A stretch of DNA of 64,000 nucleotides, from assembly GCA_950097015.1 (NCBI GenBank), contig CATNEN010000001.1, forward strand, positions 13,764,001 through 13,828,000, in the 5' to 3' direction. Position 1 is the stretch's first letter, and the number at the start of each line of letters is the position of its first letter. The DNA comes from Macrostomum hystrix. Its lineage: Eukaryota > Animalia > Platyhelminthes. Shown piece by piece: positions 1 through 12,100 of the stretch. The translations under genes and the position numbers were made by a program. The notes under the pieces are model-generated. The model ran no database searches and was not told the origin of the DNA. It saw only the letters and a list, made by a program, of their open reading frames with translations.

Positions 1-855
1 ATTTATATTCTGCAAGTATGATATATATAGATTCTCTAAAATAATGCAATCACTGCTTAAAGAGTCATTTTAGGAGTCCAATATAGCACATATTTTCACA
101 CTCCTTAGCAATTACAAAAAACCAATAGGACCTTCCTAGGCTCTTTGCTACACTCTTTGAGACAACCCCATACTCCTAACTCTTGACTTATGATTTCTAT
201 AGGACATAAATGGAAAAACTCCTGTTTAAAAGCACTCTTACCTCCTAGTTCCTAGCTCTTCATTCCATAGTACAGGGCCCTGGTGTCATACTGTCATTTG
301 TATCTTATCACATGATAACAAGTAGGGCCTAAGTCATGTCAAGGTAGGGTTTCTGTTTAGGGATTCTAGTAGCAAATTAGGCCCTAGCAGGCAGGCCTAC
401 ACGCTACTGTTTTTATATTTTTCCTGTGTCTAAGAAGTTTATCACATCAAGCCATGCTGCCCTATTGTGTGCTGCGCCAACCAGAATTTTTTTTAAATTA
501 GCTAGACATGTTTCCTCAAAATTAAGTTTTTCCTATAGGGATAAAAATTAACCAACTTTATTATTTGCATTCTTTATAAATGGTAAATTCTCAATAAATA
601 ATTATGTATCACAGATAATATACCAAGCATATTTCACAAAGTCTTGTTTCTCCCTGCTTATCAGAAAACTTTACTAACTTTCTTATTTATTAATAGGTTT
701 AGAAACCAAGGATGTTTCAACAGACAAAATTATCTATAGTTTGACATAAATAAATTACTAGTAAAACTTGCTATGTCCTGATAATTAATAACTCTGTTTA
801 GTGGATGACAACTTTATATATATATATATTTATTTATTTATTTATTTATGCTAAC

Positions 856-1134
856 CATACATGCGCAACACCCGGCCGACCCGGCCGGTTCGGCCGGGTG
901 AAACGAGGGCCAAGCAAGGTAAGTCGCAAAAACCAATCGACCAAGCGCAAAAAAATCAAAGGGGGGACCAATGGACAAAAAAGGAAGGCGTGAAGAAAAG
1001 GAAAAAGGGGAGAGGAAAAGAGCAAATGAGAGCAAACTAAGTCGTAAATAGAGCAATGAAACGAACTAAGTCGCAAATGAGAGCAAAAACTAAGTCGCAC
1101 GGCCGGCTAAGATTTGGGAGGTTGCGCATGTATG
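856..1134. mobile_element. Non-autonomous hAT-type DNA transposon (MITE family A), complete copy
   Basis: 14-bp TIRs CATACATGCGCAAC (856-869) / GTTGCGCATGTATG (1121-1134). Flanking 8-bp TSD ATGCTAAC / ATGCAAAC (1 mismatch); CA..TG ends plus 8-bp TSD are hAT hallmarks. Second copy at 2082. Confidence 0.85.
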
Positions 1135-2081
1135 ATGCAAACTAATCAAACTAAATAAAAAGTTATTGGGCCAAGAAAAAGCAAAGCAACAAAAATGTTA
1201 TCAATGAATTTTTTATATAAACAAGGTAAAAACAAAACATTAGATGGTGTGTATGATGATGCAACAAAATGGCTGTCCAACTTAGGCCTAAAATGGTAGT
1301 CACTTTTTCATATAAATCAATTTGATTTGAACAGCGTTTTGTAAGAAAAAATGTTTTATACAGTTTAGGATTTAATCAATTTTGACAAAAGGAGTACTTA
1401 TCTAAAATTGACAGGTTTAATTTGTATAATTTATTAATTTCTTGCTTGGTTGATAAGGTTTTACCCTATTGATTAGCTTTGGCCCCACCTTTTCAATTGA
1501 CAAGCTAAGAGGCTTAAGTAGGCCTTATAATTATACTTAAGGTAAGTTTTTTATTATATCAGACTCTTGTGCTAAGACTTTAACTTAAAGCCCAAATCTA
1601 ATCCCAGAATTAGATATTATCCATATTGATTTAGGAAGCTAATACTCTGGTCTATGTGGCATAGCTATAGCTTGATTCTTGATATAGCTTGTTAGTAGCT
1701 AGAGAAATTAAATTTAAAATAACTTTGCCAATAAACAACAGTATTGTATTAAATAGATAACTTGTTTAAAGCTAACTGTTACTATAATTATAATTATTAA
1801 TTATATTTTATATATTACATGAATGTATATATAAAAATGAGGCCTGTCAATCCTATATCAACAATCTTATAGTTGTTATGATTATTTTCAGAAATTTGTG
1901 AATTTTGATTTGTTATAGCTATTCCACTAGACTAAAAGTGTATACACTAGGGGCTTGTTTGTAATTTAGAAGTTGTTATATTTGAGGACCAAGATGGAAG
2001 CAACTGAAATGTTTAGGATAAGAAGGGACAACAAAAGTGTGTGGTGTGGTGTCCTGCTATCCTGCCAGTCTATAGACTGTC

Positions 2082-2296
2082 CATACATGCGCAACACCCG
2101 GCCGAACCGGCCAGGTGAAACAAGGGCCAAGCTAGGTAAGTCGCAAAAACCAATCAACCAAGTGCAAAAAATCAAAGGGGGGACCAAGGGACAAAAAAGG
2201 AAGGCGTGAAGAAAAGGAAAAAGGGGAGAGAAAAAGAGAGCAAATTAGAGCAAACTAAGTCATAAATAGAGCAAAAACTAAGTCGACCAAAAATAG
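2082..2296. mobile_element. MITE family A, second copy lacking right TIR
   Basis: Closely similar to 856-1100 from the left TIR onward. Flanked by 8-bp direct repeat AGACTGTC (2074-2081, 2297-2304). Confidence 0.8.
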
Positions 2297-2539
2297 AGAC
2301 TGTCTATAGTTGTCTATATAGTCTATAGACTCAAAAGCCCTACATAGCCTAATCACATTATAAATTTAATGTAGACTGGTAGGGTTTTGGTAGAGCATAC
2401 ATGTTTAGTTAAAAAATGTTTGATTATACCTGCCCTAATTAAGCCAGATGTACAACTGACAGTGCAACCACTGATATTGTGTGGCACATCTGAAGGCTGT
2501 GTACAGCTGTTTAGTACATGGACTGGTGGACGCCACACC

Positions 2540-2970
2540 CACCCTAGTCTAATGCTGGTTCCAATTTAACAGCTGGATGAACTGAAGCAATGCAAAATTA
2601 AGTCTCTTGCTCAAGGACACAAAGTGTTCCGGTAGAGCAGGGGTTGGCAAACTCCGGCCTGCGGGCCAGATGCCGCCCTCGAAGCTCCCAAATCCGGCCC
2701 GTTGCCCCTTCTGACATCTACAGTGTCCTGTTTCATCTCTCTCGTATCTAATCTCTCCCATGTCTCATCTCTCCTGTGTCTCATCGCTCTCGTGTCTAAT
2801 CTCTCCCGTGTCTTATCTCTCCCGTGTCTAATCTCTCTTAGTTTCTTAGTCGTCTTTTAGTTTCTCTCTTTGGCCCGCCAGCAAATAAGTTTGCCTACCC
2901 CTGCAGTAGAGTCAGGAATCGAACCCCCGACCTTCAAGTTATGAGTCCGATGCTTTTAACACTAACACCT
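2540..2970 (-). mobile_element. tRNA-derived SINE family 2 (CORE-like body), interrupted by a MITE
   Basis: Reverse-strand B-box-like GGTTCGATTCCTG near 2913-2925. Body AAGTCTCTTGCTCAAGGACACAA resembles the MIR/CORE-type motif. A homologous segment in opposite orientation lies at ~29286-29357. Confidence 0.6.
2638..2903. mobile_element. hAT-Charlie-like MITE (family B) nested in SINE
   Basis: TIRs CAGGGGTTGGCAAACT / AGTTTGCCTACCCCTG. 8-bp TSD CGGTAGAG (2630-2637) / CAGTAGAG (2904-2911). Subterminal GGCCCG motifs as in Charlie/MER58-type elements; internal short TCTC-rich repeat. Confidence 0.85.
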
Positions 2971-3132
2971 AGGAATCAGATTGGCTAACTAATTATATAG
3001 GATTCAAATCAGGACCTCTTTAAAATTGTCGAACACAAAATTTTGCAGGTTGCAAATTATCAGACCTTTAGATCCAGCTAATCACAACAAAAAGAAGAGA
3101 CAAATTAAACAATTAAATTGTCTCAGGATAAA

Positions 3133-6100
3133 ATGTCAGACCATGCAGCAGCATCAGATGCTGTAGCCAATGGCAATGTTATTGATGATCCTGCAATAGC
3201 TGCAATACCAACATCAAGCACTGAAACAGTCTGCGATGCTGCAAAAGATTCTGGCATCTCAGCTAGTGGCTCATCTGGCAACACTAGCAAAGATGTTCGC
3301 AGAAGCAATCGAGGCAAAGGCAAACTGGAGCGCGGCTCGGAGGATAAAATAGAATCCTACAGAGTAGCAGGAGTAGAATACACAGCTGGTGAATGCTGCT
3401 ACATTGAGGATGTGAATAGAGGCGGCAATGAGCCCTATCTAATCAGTGTGATTGAAGAGTTCCGCATCACTCGCCGGGACACAACCAATGTGCACGTGAG
3501 GACTTATTATCGGCTGCACGATGTGCCAGACGCGAGCTATCAGGCTTTGAGAGACCGAGAATCCGAAGGCTTCACTGGCTGTCGAGATGATCTATTCCCT
3601 AATAGGGATATTAAATTTAGGGAGTTATTTATCAGCGACGTTTCTGAAGCTTTCCCAACAGCCTGGCTGAGGGGCAAGTGCTCTGTGATTCAGTATCCGG
3701 ATCTGCGCTCGGCTGTGACCAATTTCAAACTCGAGCCAGACACATTCTTCTACATCTTCACTTACAATCCGGAGACAAGGAGACTGTCCTCTACCAAGGC
3801 TGAGATTCACGTTGGCCCGTCCTATCAGGCTGAGCTGCCAGAGTTTAGGCCCGAGGTGAGGCTAACATCTTGCTAGTTACCCTCCGCATTTCTTGCATAA
3901 CCACTTTTTTCTCTCGCATCGCAATTCTCGACACCCTGCTTCCCAACTCTCCCCTACCCCTTCTTCCCAATTCTCCCCTACTCCTTCTTCCCAATTCTCC
4001 CCTACTCCTTCTTGCCAATTCTCCCCTGCTCCTTCTTGCCAATTCTCCCCTACCCCTTCTTCACAATTCTCCCCTGCTCCTTCTTCCCAATTCTCCCCTG
4101 TTCCTTCTTGCCAATTCTCCCCTACCCCTTCTTCCCAATTCTCCCCTGCTCCTTCTTGCCAATTCTCCCCTGCTCCTTGCCAATTCTCCCCTACCCCTTC
4201 TTGCCAATTCTCCCCTACCCCTTCTTCCCAATTCTCCCCTGCTCCTTCTTGCCAATTCTCCCCTGCTCCTTGCCAATTCTCCCCTACCCCTTCTTCCCAA
4301 TTCTCCCCTACCCCTTCTTGCCAATTCTCCCCTACCCCTTCTTCACAATTCTCCCCTACCCCTTCTACCCAATTCTCCCCTGCTCCTTCTTCCCGATTCT
4401 CCCCTGCTCCTTCTTGCCAATTCTCCACTACCCCTTCTTCACAATTTTCCCCTACCCCTTCTTGACAATTCTTCCCTACCCCTTCTTCACAATTCTCCCC
4501 TACCCCTTCTACCCAATTCTCCCCTGCTCCTTCTGCCCGATTCTCCCCTGCTCCTTCTTGCCAATTCTCCCCTACCCCTTCTTCACAATTCTCCCCTGCC
4601 CCTTCTTCCCAATTCTCCCCTGCCCCTTCTTCCCAATTCTCCCCTGCTCCTTCTTCGCATTTCTTCCCATTTCTTTCCTTAGCCCTTCCACTTACTCTAA
4701 AATCCTCAAATCTAATCCCACAATTCGCAGTTGCCGCACATGCATCCAATCGCTGACGAGACTGGCAGAGTCTGGGAGACCCAGCGCTGGCTGCCCAACC
4801 AACTGGACGATGAGGAGCTCTGCATGTACGTGAAAGCTGCCCGCTCATTGGCTGCCTTCTCCGGCTTCTGCGATCTTGGCAGCGCCCAGGAAGGCCAAAC
4901 CTCGGCTGATATGGACAGAACAGCTCAGCTGGCCATGGACGCTTTGCATGACTTGGACTATGATGTGCGATTGGCTCTGAAGGTTTGTCTGCCTCTGACG
5001 CGTACTTCATACTGCTGTTTGCCGCGTGTATATGAGGCTATGGGATGACAAGTGGATTAACACTGGGGATCAAAAAGTAGATTTGATCCTATAGGGGTGA
5101 GAAAGTAGATTTGACACTGTGGGGATGCGAAAGTAGATTTGACACTGTGGGGATGAGAAAGTAGATTTGACACTGTGGGGATGAGAAAGTAGATTTGACA
5201 CTGTGGGGATGAGAAAGTAGATTTGACACTGTGGGGATGCGAAAGTAGATTTGACACTGTGGGGATGAGAAAGTAGATTTAAGACTGGGGATGAGAAAGT
5301 AGATTATGAAGTGAAAAAGTGTTGGAGTTTAAAGCTACCACTTGGGGTATAAGGAGACACGATGTGAGATAAATTTGAATCTTCCTTCGAATCCTCCATC
5401 CGCCGCAGGTGCTAGTCCGAAATCCGCAGCTGGGCGAGTCGGTTGGTCCCACCGGTTGGACTCACGAGTGTGTGCGCAAATTTCAAAAAGGAATTCGCCA
5501 ATACGGCAAAAACTTCTTTCGCATTCGTCGCGAACTATTTCCGGAGCGCCGGGTCAGCCAGCTTGTCGAGTTCTATTATTTGTGGAAGAAGTCGGCCTCC
5601 TGTCCGCCCAGTGTGCGCAGCGTCCGTCGGTGCAACGGTGCCACTGCCTCCGCAGCCGCCGCCGCCTCGTCTTCGTCATCAATATCGGCTGCCGCAGCCG
5701 CCAATGCTGGGTGAGTCAGTCTTCTAATAAGTAGTTGGAATTCGCACTTGTTATAAGTATTTCTATACATATCGCCTCTCATCACTCGTCCACTCAGCGT
5801 CGCCAACGGCAACGGCGGCTGCAACTCGCCGGCTCCCAGTTGTTCTTCGCGAAGCTGCGCCTCAAACAAAGACGACGACAACACGCTAATGGAGGAGCCG
5901 GGGCTGCAGCAGTCAGCGGGAACTGCCACCCCCACACCCGCTGCTTCTGCTGCTGATGACAATGCTGACAACAGCAGCTCGGCTGTTCCGCTCACCTGTA
6001 GAAATTGCGATCGTCTCCTAGAAGAGCCGGCGACTGTTGCCGCTGCCGCGACTGCCTCCGCCGCGTCACGAGACCCGCTGTGCTCCGAGTGCCGCCTGTT

Positions 6101-6750
6101 CTACCAGAAGTACGGCGAGGATCGACCCTGCGGTCGGGCTTCATCGGACGACGACGAAGACGACGACGATGATGAAGACGACGATGACGAGGACAGCTCC
6201 GGAGAGGAGGACGACGACGGTCGAAGCAGCGTCGGCGGCGATGATGACGCTTCGGCATCGTCGGGCGCAGAAGGTGACGATGATAACAGTGTGAAGCCGA
6301 AGTCGCTGCCAACCACACCAGCCCCGGCTCCGACGCCTCCGCCGTCTCTGCCCGCTGCTCCTCTGCAGCCGGTTTCGTCTCCATCGTTGCCTGCATGCAG
6401 CAGCGCCGGCGGTGCTGTGAGCAATGCCGCCAGCAGTCAGCGGCCCGCCTTGGCTCCGCCTTCAGTTTGCAGTCCGCCTCCGTTGTCCTGCCTGGTGCCG
6501 AGAGCCTTCACCAGCCAGAATTGCAGCCTGCAGAGAGTCTGGCTACGCAGCGGTGGCAGCAATTCCTGCGCCAGGACTGATCTGGAATTCTCCGCTGTTG
6601 GTAGGACCGCTGCCAACCAGCAGAAGGTTAAAAAGCAGCAGCAGCAGCCGTCTCGTTCCACGGCCCCGTCGCCTTCAACTTCATCAGGTGGAGCTGCCGC
6701 CACTGCCGCAGCTGCTTCCGCTGTGGCTTCAGCTGAGGCTGCATTTCGCA

Positions 6751-6781
<31 letters not shown>

Positions 6782-7397
6782 TCATCAACAGCAACAGCTG
6801 CAGCATCAACAGCAACAGCAGCATCAACAGCAGCAACAGCAGCAGCAGCAGCAACTTGCCGCCTGGGAACATGCCGAACGGGCTCGCTTTGTTGAGCAGA
6901 TAATGCGCTCAACGGGATTTCCCCGCCCACCGCACGCGCCGCCGCCGCCGCATCATCAGCACCAGCCGCCGCCTACGCCGCTGCCACCTTCGTCAATGCC
7001 GCCACTGCCAGTATCTGCTGCCGAAGTTCTGGCTATGTTTCAGGCTCAGCAACAGCAGCAGCATCATCATCATCAGCCGCCGCCCCTGCCTCCGCACAGT
7101 ATGTTCAGCCAGGCGGGCTTTGACCCGCACAGTTTTCTGCCTGGCAGGCAGCAGCAGCAGCAGCAGCAGAAGCCGCCGATGCCACCGCCGCCAATGCCGC
7201 CTAATCCCGGACACCCCATGCACATGCACCCCCACGAAATTGCCCAGCTGTACGCTGCCACTGCGGCTGTGGCTGCTCAGCAACAGCAGCAGCAGCAGCA
7301 ACATCATCGGCAGCAGCAGCAACAGCAGCAGCAACAGCAGCAGTTTTTTCCCGGTTTAGACCACAGATTCTTACCGTTTGATCCTTCGTTTAGGTAA
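3133..7397 (+). CDS. RERE: RERE/atrophin family transcriptional corepressor (BAH-ELM2-SANT-GATA-like Zn finger-atrophin motif), ~958 aa
   Basis: Exons 3133-3855, 4731-4982, 5409-5710, 5798-7397; GT-AG, frame-consistent. BAH ([28 protein letters not shown]), ELM2 ([24 protein letters not shown]), SANT ([36 protein letters not shown]), [16 protein letters not shown], atrophin motif [10 protein letters not shown], then a Q/P-rich tail. Confidence 0.93.
3937..4655. repeat. 24-bp (21-bp variant) C/T-rich minisatellite in RERE intron 1
   Basis: Unit CCAATTCTCCCCTACCCCTTCTTC with variants, ~30 copies. Confidence 0.95.
5060..5305. repeat. 28-bp minisatellite in RERE intron 2
   Basis: Unit GACACTGTGGGGATGAGAAAGTAGATTT, ~8-9 copies. 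Confidence 0.95.
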
Positions 7398-8091
7398 ATA
7401 ATTAATTGAATAGTAAATTAACCCATTGTAATTAAACAATTAACACTTTATCTGTTCTGCTTCTGCTTGAAAACTGCTTATTTGAAATCATTATTCAGCT
7501 TGCTCGGCTGTTGAGTCTAACTAAATACCTAGTCAGAGTTGGTTTTTACAGTTAAAAAAATAAATAATCAATTATACTTATCATTATCATCTTTAGCTTC
7601 ACAGCTTAAGAAACAGAAAATTTCCTTTTTTCTCTGCTTTTTTGTAAAATTCTTTATCACTAGTGTCAGCCTGCATGCTGTGAACATTTGATTATTTTTT
7701 ACTACTTGAAGTAGAACTTGTAAGTTTTCATTTACTCTTGGATTGTGTAAGTTTGTGCTAATGCGTTAATACTTACCGCCTGCACCATTCACTAATTTCA
7801 CTAAAACTGATTGACAACTTTTTATTTAGCTTGAAAATGTAGGCTTTTTATAATTGTTGTTTTTGTTTGACTTTTGGTTTTTTATACGCGCTTAAAATTG
7901 TCTTGAAATACACAGTGTTACAGTGGTACATCGCTTACAACACTGCGTTATAACATTGTGTGCTGCACAGTTTATTTAACATTATATTGTTATTGACAAT
8001 TTGGTATTTGCGATACAGTTTAAGCACACTTTCGCAGTTTTGTTTTATCTTTCATTTGGCCGTGAGAGTGGCGATGAGATTCTGCACTGCC

Positions 8092-8520
8092 TGTGTACAC
8101 TGACTGACGATGAGGGCCAACCTCCATGAGACAGTGAGAATGTACACTGCCTGACGATGAGGGCCAACCTCCATGAGACAGTGAGAGTGTACACTGCCTG
8201 ACGATGAGGGCCAACCTCCATGAGACAGTGAGAGTGTACACTGCCTGACGATGAGGGCCAACCTCCATGAGACAGTGAGAGTGTACACTGCCTGACGATG
8301 GGGGCCAACCTCCATGAGACAGTGAGAGTGTACACTGCCTGACGATGGGGGCCAACCTCCATGAGACAGTGAGAGTGTACACTGCCTGACGATGAGGGCC
8401 AACCTCCATGAGACAGTGAGAGTGTACACTGCCTGACGATGAGGGCCAACCTCCATGAGGCTGTGAGAGTGTACACTGCCTGACGATGAGGGCCAACCTC
8501 CATGAGGCTGTGAGAGTGTA
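8092..8520. repeat. 47-bp minisatellite derived from SINE family 1 internal segment
   Basis: Unit GTGTACACTGCCTGACGATGAGGGCCAACCTCCATGAGACAGTGAGA, ~9 copies. Matches SINE segment GAGGGCCAACCTCCAAGGCACAGT..GTGTACACTGCCTGACGA. Confidence 0.92.
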
Positions 8521-9174
8521 GAGTGTTTTAATCGCTTCATTCAGCGCATTTCTTGGCACTAAATTACAAACGGAGAAATGTCTATGGTGAAAATGTACAT
8601 TAATGGTAGCACAATGTTACGCTGTTGTAGCACCACCTCCGGTGTTTATTATTGACTTTGGCTTGGGTAACAAAAGCAAATATATAAAACAACAAAGAGT
8701 AGGTTTGTAAGAAAACAAAGAATACTAGTTCTTCCAATGATAAACCATGGGTCTAATTGTCCTACCAAATAGTTATTTAAACAAAATTTCTTGTGCTTCT
8801 TGGTACTTGAACGCAGTGACTTAATTTAATGTACATAAAAATGCACGACCACCGAGATTTCATACAATCTATATCATAGTTATAACAACAAAGTTTAGAA
8901 TGCAATGCATAAAAATACAAGTAATATAACATTAGTATACATGTAGGTCTACAGTGACACATACACAATGCCACGTCACCTTCCCAATCTGTTTGTATGC
9001 GTACAGAGCTTTGATTTGCGGTAGCTAACAAATAAGAGGATTAAATAACTTGGAGAAATCCGCAGCGAGACAAGCTGTTACCGTTCCTGCAAATAAAGCC
9101 ATGGAATAGGAAATCTGCTGCAATTTTAGCAACAGGAGAACTCACTTGACAAAACCGGGACACAGTTTATAGCC

Positions 9175-12100
9175 ATGCTCAAGCAACATCTATTGTCCAT
9201 AGTGCTTCTGCTTAGCATCAACCAATGGACATTGGGAAGATGCGACCCATCCGACGGTGCGCCGCTCAGTCAGGAGCCCTTCCTTCGGGATCTATTCGGC
9301 GAACAGAAGTCTGATCGGTTGAACAAACTGACAAGCTGCCAGGACTCGGTGTTCAAGCTCAATCAGGCCTACGAGACTCTGTACAATATGAAGGCCATCT
9401 ACAGTGACTACCTGTCTAATAGGGCTGGCCAGTTGTCTCAGGCTGAGGAACGATTGCTGGCGTAAGTGCATTCTTACTCGATAATTGCTTCCATTTCTAG
9501 TGCGATGTTCCAAATCTGACAGTCGGGGGGCCGTGAGTGGCAGAGCGGTTAACGCGTTTGCCTCTCGCGCCAAGGTCCCTGAGCTCGATTCCGCGGCGAG
9601 GCCACATTTATTTAAGGCGGAGAGTACACTGCCTGACGATGAGAAAGTCAGGGCAGTTGTACACGCCTGTGTGCGTGTGTGCTCAGGAGTCAACGGAATG
9701 TGCAGAATTGCCTCCTCGCTGGCAGCGGGTCCAGTGTCACTAAATGATGTGCCATTGCGCGCAGCCCTCCTGCAATTATTATTATTATTAATGTTGTAAC
9801 AGCTGACAGCCATCGTTTAAATCCTCAACTCAGATTCGGTCGCGAGGCGTTGCCAGTGAACGCGTCTGCCAATCGATTTTGGCACCCAGTGGACGCGCAC
9901 AAGTTTATCCTGTTCGCAGTCAGGGAGATGAATCCCAAACTGCACGCCCTGATAAATGAGCATTCGGGTAGGTGACTTTCCTGGTCTAATTTGAATCCAA
10001 CTGGAGCGGTTTCGCAATAAATGTCCCCCTTAATCTTTCAATGGAGCAGGCGTCCAGATAAAGCTGGTGCTGCAGCACCTGCTAGACAGCGCCGAGTGCT
10101 GGCTGAACGAAGCCAGCATTGCCGAGTCGATGAAGAACTTGTTCGTCATAAAATCATTCTATAACCTGTCAGCTGAAGACTTCGCTGAGGGCAACTTTGC
10201 CGGCAGGAGATCCGAGGCGGCCTTCTCAGCTGCCGAGCTCATGGAGCTGCTGCTGCATCTCAACCGGCAGTTTGATCCTGAGCAGACTGCCGAGCTGGCC
10301 GAATTCCTCAGACGGAAACGCTTGGACATTGTGAAAAGCAGCTTGGGAGAACAGCCGGCCAGGTCCGTGTATCGAATCCTGGGAAAGGCCTACTACCAGG
10401 TATGAGTCACACCGAATTGATTGAAATGTGGTTATGAAGTGAGGTGGGACTGCGTGTACATTCAGGGAGTGAGGTTGGACTGTATGTACATTCAGGGAGT
10501 GAGGTTGGACTGTATGTACATTCAGGGAGTGAGGTGGTACTGTATGTACATTCAGGTGTGAGGTGAGACTGTATGTACATTCAGGTGTGAGGTGGTACTG
10601 TATGTACATTCAGGGTGTGAGGTGGGACTGTATGTACATTCAGGTGTGAGGTGGTACTGTATGTACATTCAGAGAGTGAGGTGGGACTGTATGTATATTC
10701 CGGTATTGAGGTTGGACTGTATGTACATTCAGGGAGTGAGGTGGGACTGTATGTATATTCCGGTATTGAGGTTGGACTGTATGTACATTCAGGGAGTGAG
10801 GTGGGACTGTATGCACATGCAGGGGTGAAAGTGTACATTGGCCAGACACAGCCTGTTATTTAATTCCTAGATGAAACAATTTGACAAAGCGATCGAAGCG
10901 CTCAACGAGTACAAAGCCACTGCGCCGGCGGACGCAGAGAGGCGTGGGGTGGACGCGGATCTGGCTTACATCGCGGCCAATCAGGTGGGCCAGCCGGCTG
11001 ACTTCGCTTTGGAGTCTAACCAATCAGCGACGAGCTTGGAGCGCGAATTCGGCCTATCAGCGAACCCGGCCGACGCGCAGTCGATTCAGATGCTGGCCGA
11101 GTCGAAGGAGAAATTTCAACGTTACCGAAAAATCTGCGACCCGCAAAGGTGGGGACTGGACGACCTCAAAGACGCCGATATGGAAGCGAAGTTTGCCAAA
11201 CTGTCGGTATGAACTCAAGGGATTTGCGCTTTGGGAGCCGCGATGAGGTTTTAAGTTGCTTTTAATAGGAGTTCTAAGAAATTATGGTGATAACTTCACA
11301 ACTGAGGGGGATAAATTGCCTACTTTTAGGATAATTCGTCTATTTTCGGGATAATTTTCCCACTTTTGCATACTGCTTGTGCTACAAAGTTTTGCCAGTT
11401 GGCCATAATTTTTTAACTGGGTCGGAGATTTTTCGAAATAATTTGTTATAATAAATAATAAGATTCTTTAGATTGTTTCGAATGTGTAGTGCCGTCAACA
11501 TATCAACATTTTTATTCCCGAGAAACATACTACTAACTTATGCTTAATTATACTACTGGTATAATCGACTAATTTACAGGAGGATTCTCTGTTAATCTGC
11601 GAAAATTGGCGACCGTACAATGGCTGGTACCCGATTCGGAAGGAAATGGTGTCTAAATCGCCTCTGATAGTTCGCTACAGCAACGTGTTCAACAATGCTA
11701 GCCTGATCGAGTCGTTGATTGCGGAGGCCGAGAAACGGGTCAGCTTCATTTCTGTGGTGGTGGGTGGCTGTAGAAGGATTGGGGTGGTGAGTGTCTGTAG
11801 AAGGATTGGGGTGGTGGGTGTCTGTGGAAGGATTGGGGTGGTGGGTGTCTGTGTGTCGGATTATAATCCTCCAATTCTTCGCCTCTTTTGGGCCTTCGTC
11901 TTCGTCTTACGTTTTCATGTACTTTTAGTCCCCTTAACACATTAGTTGCAGCTAACCTTATTTATTGTCTGTGACCTCATCCATTTGCGTTTACCACTTT
12001 TATATCTATGTACAAGACCACCTCTCCGTTACAGGTTCTCTTAGCGTGTAAGCGTGCCCTCAAGCGTGTCCATGTTCCTTTCTATCTGCCTCACCTTTTG

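Noticed and set aside
3118-3132. TTG start for RERE given in the ORF track
   Set aside because: The first in-frame ATG is at 3133 in good context (AAAATGT); a non-ATG start is unnecessary.
8092-8520. Hammerhead ribozyme in the 47-bp repeat (CTGACGA, a stem, GAGAC, CAGTG..CACTG stem)
   Set aside because: The core deviates (GAGA instead of GAAA; C where the conserved U of NUH is needed) and no stem I can form. An Infernal search with hammerhead models or an in vitro cleavage assay would settle it.
9524-9605. Functional tRNA genes at the SINE heads (also 20830 and 21810-21887)
   Set aside because: The cloverleaf is imperfect and each head runs into a shared SINE body, with a tail or TSD in two copies.
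9700-9780. HDV-like ribozyme in SINE 3' part (GCC-TCCTCGCT-GGC resembles P3/L3)
   Set aside because: No upstream P1 partner for the following strand, and the motif is absent from the 21542-21887 copy.
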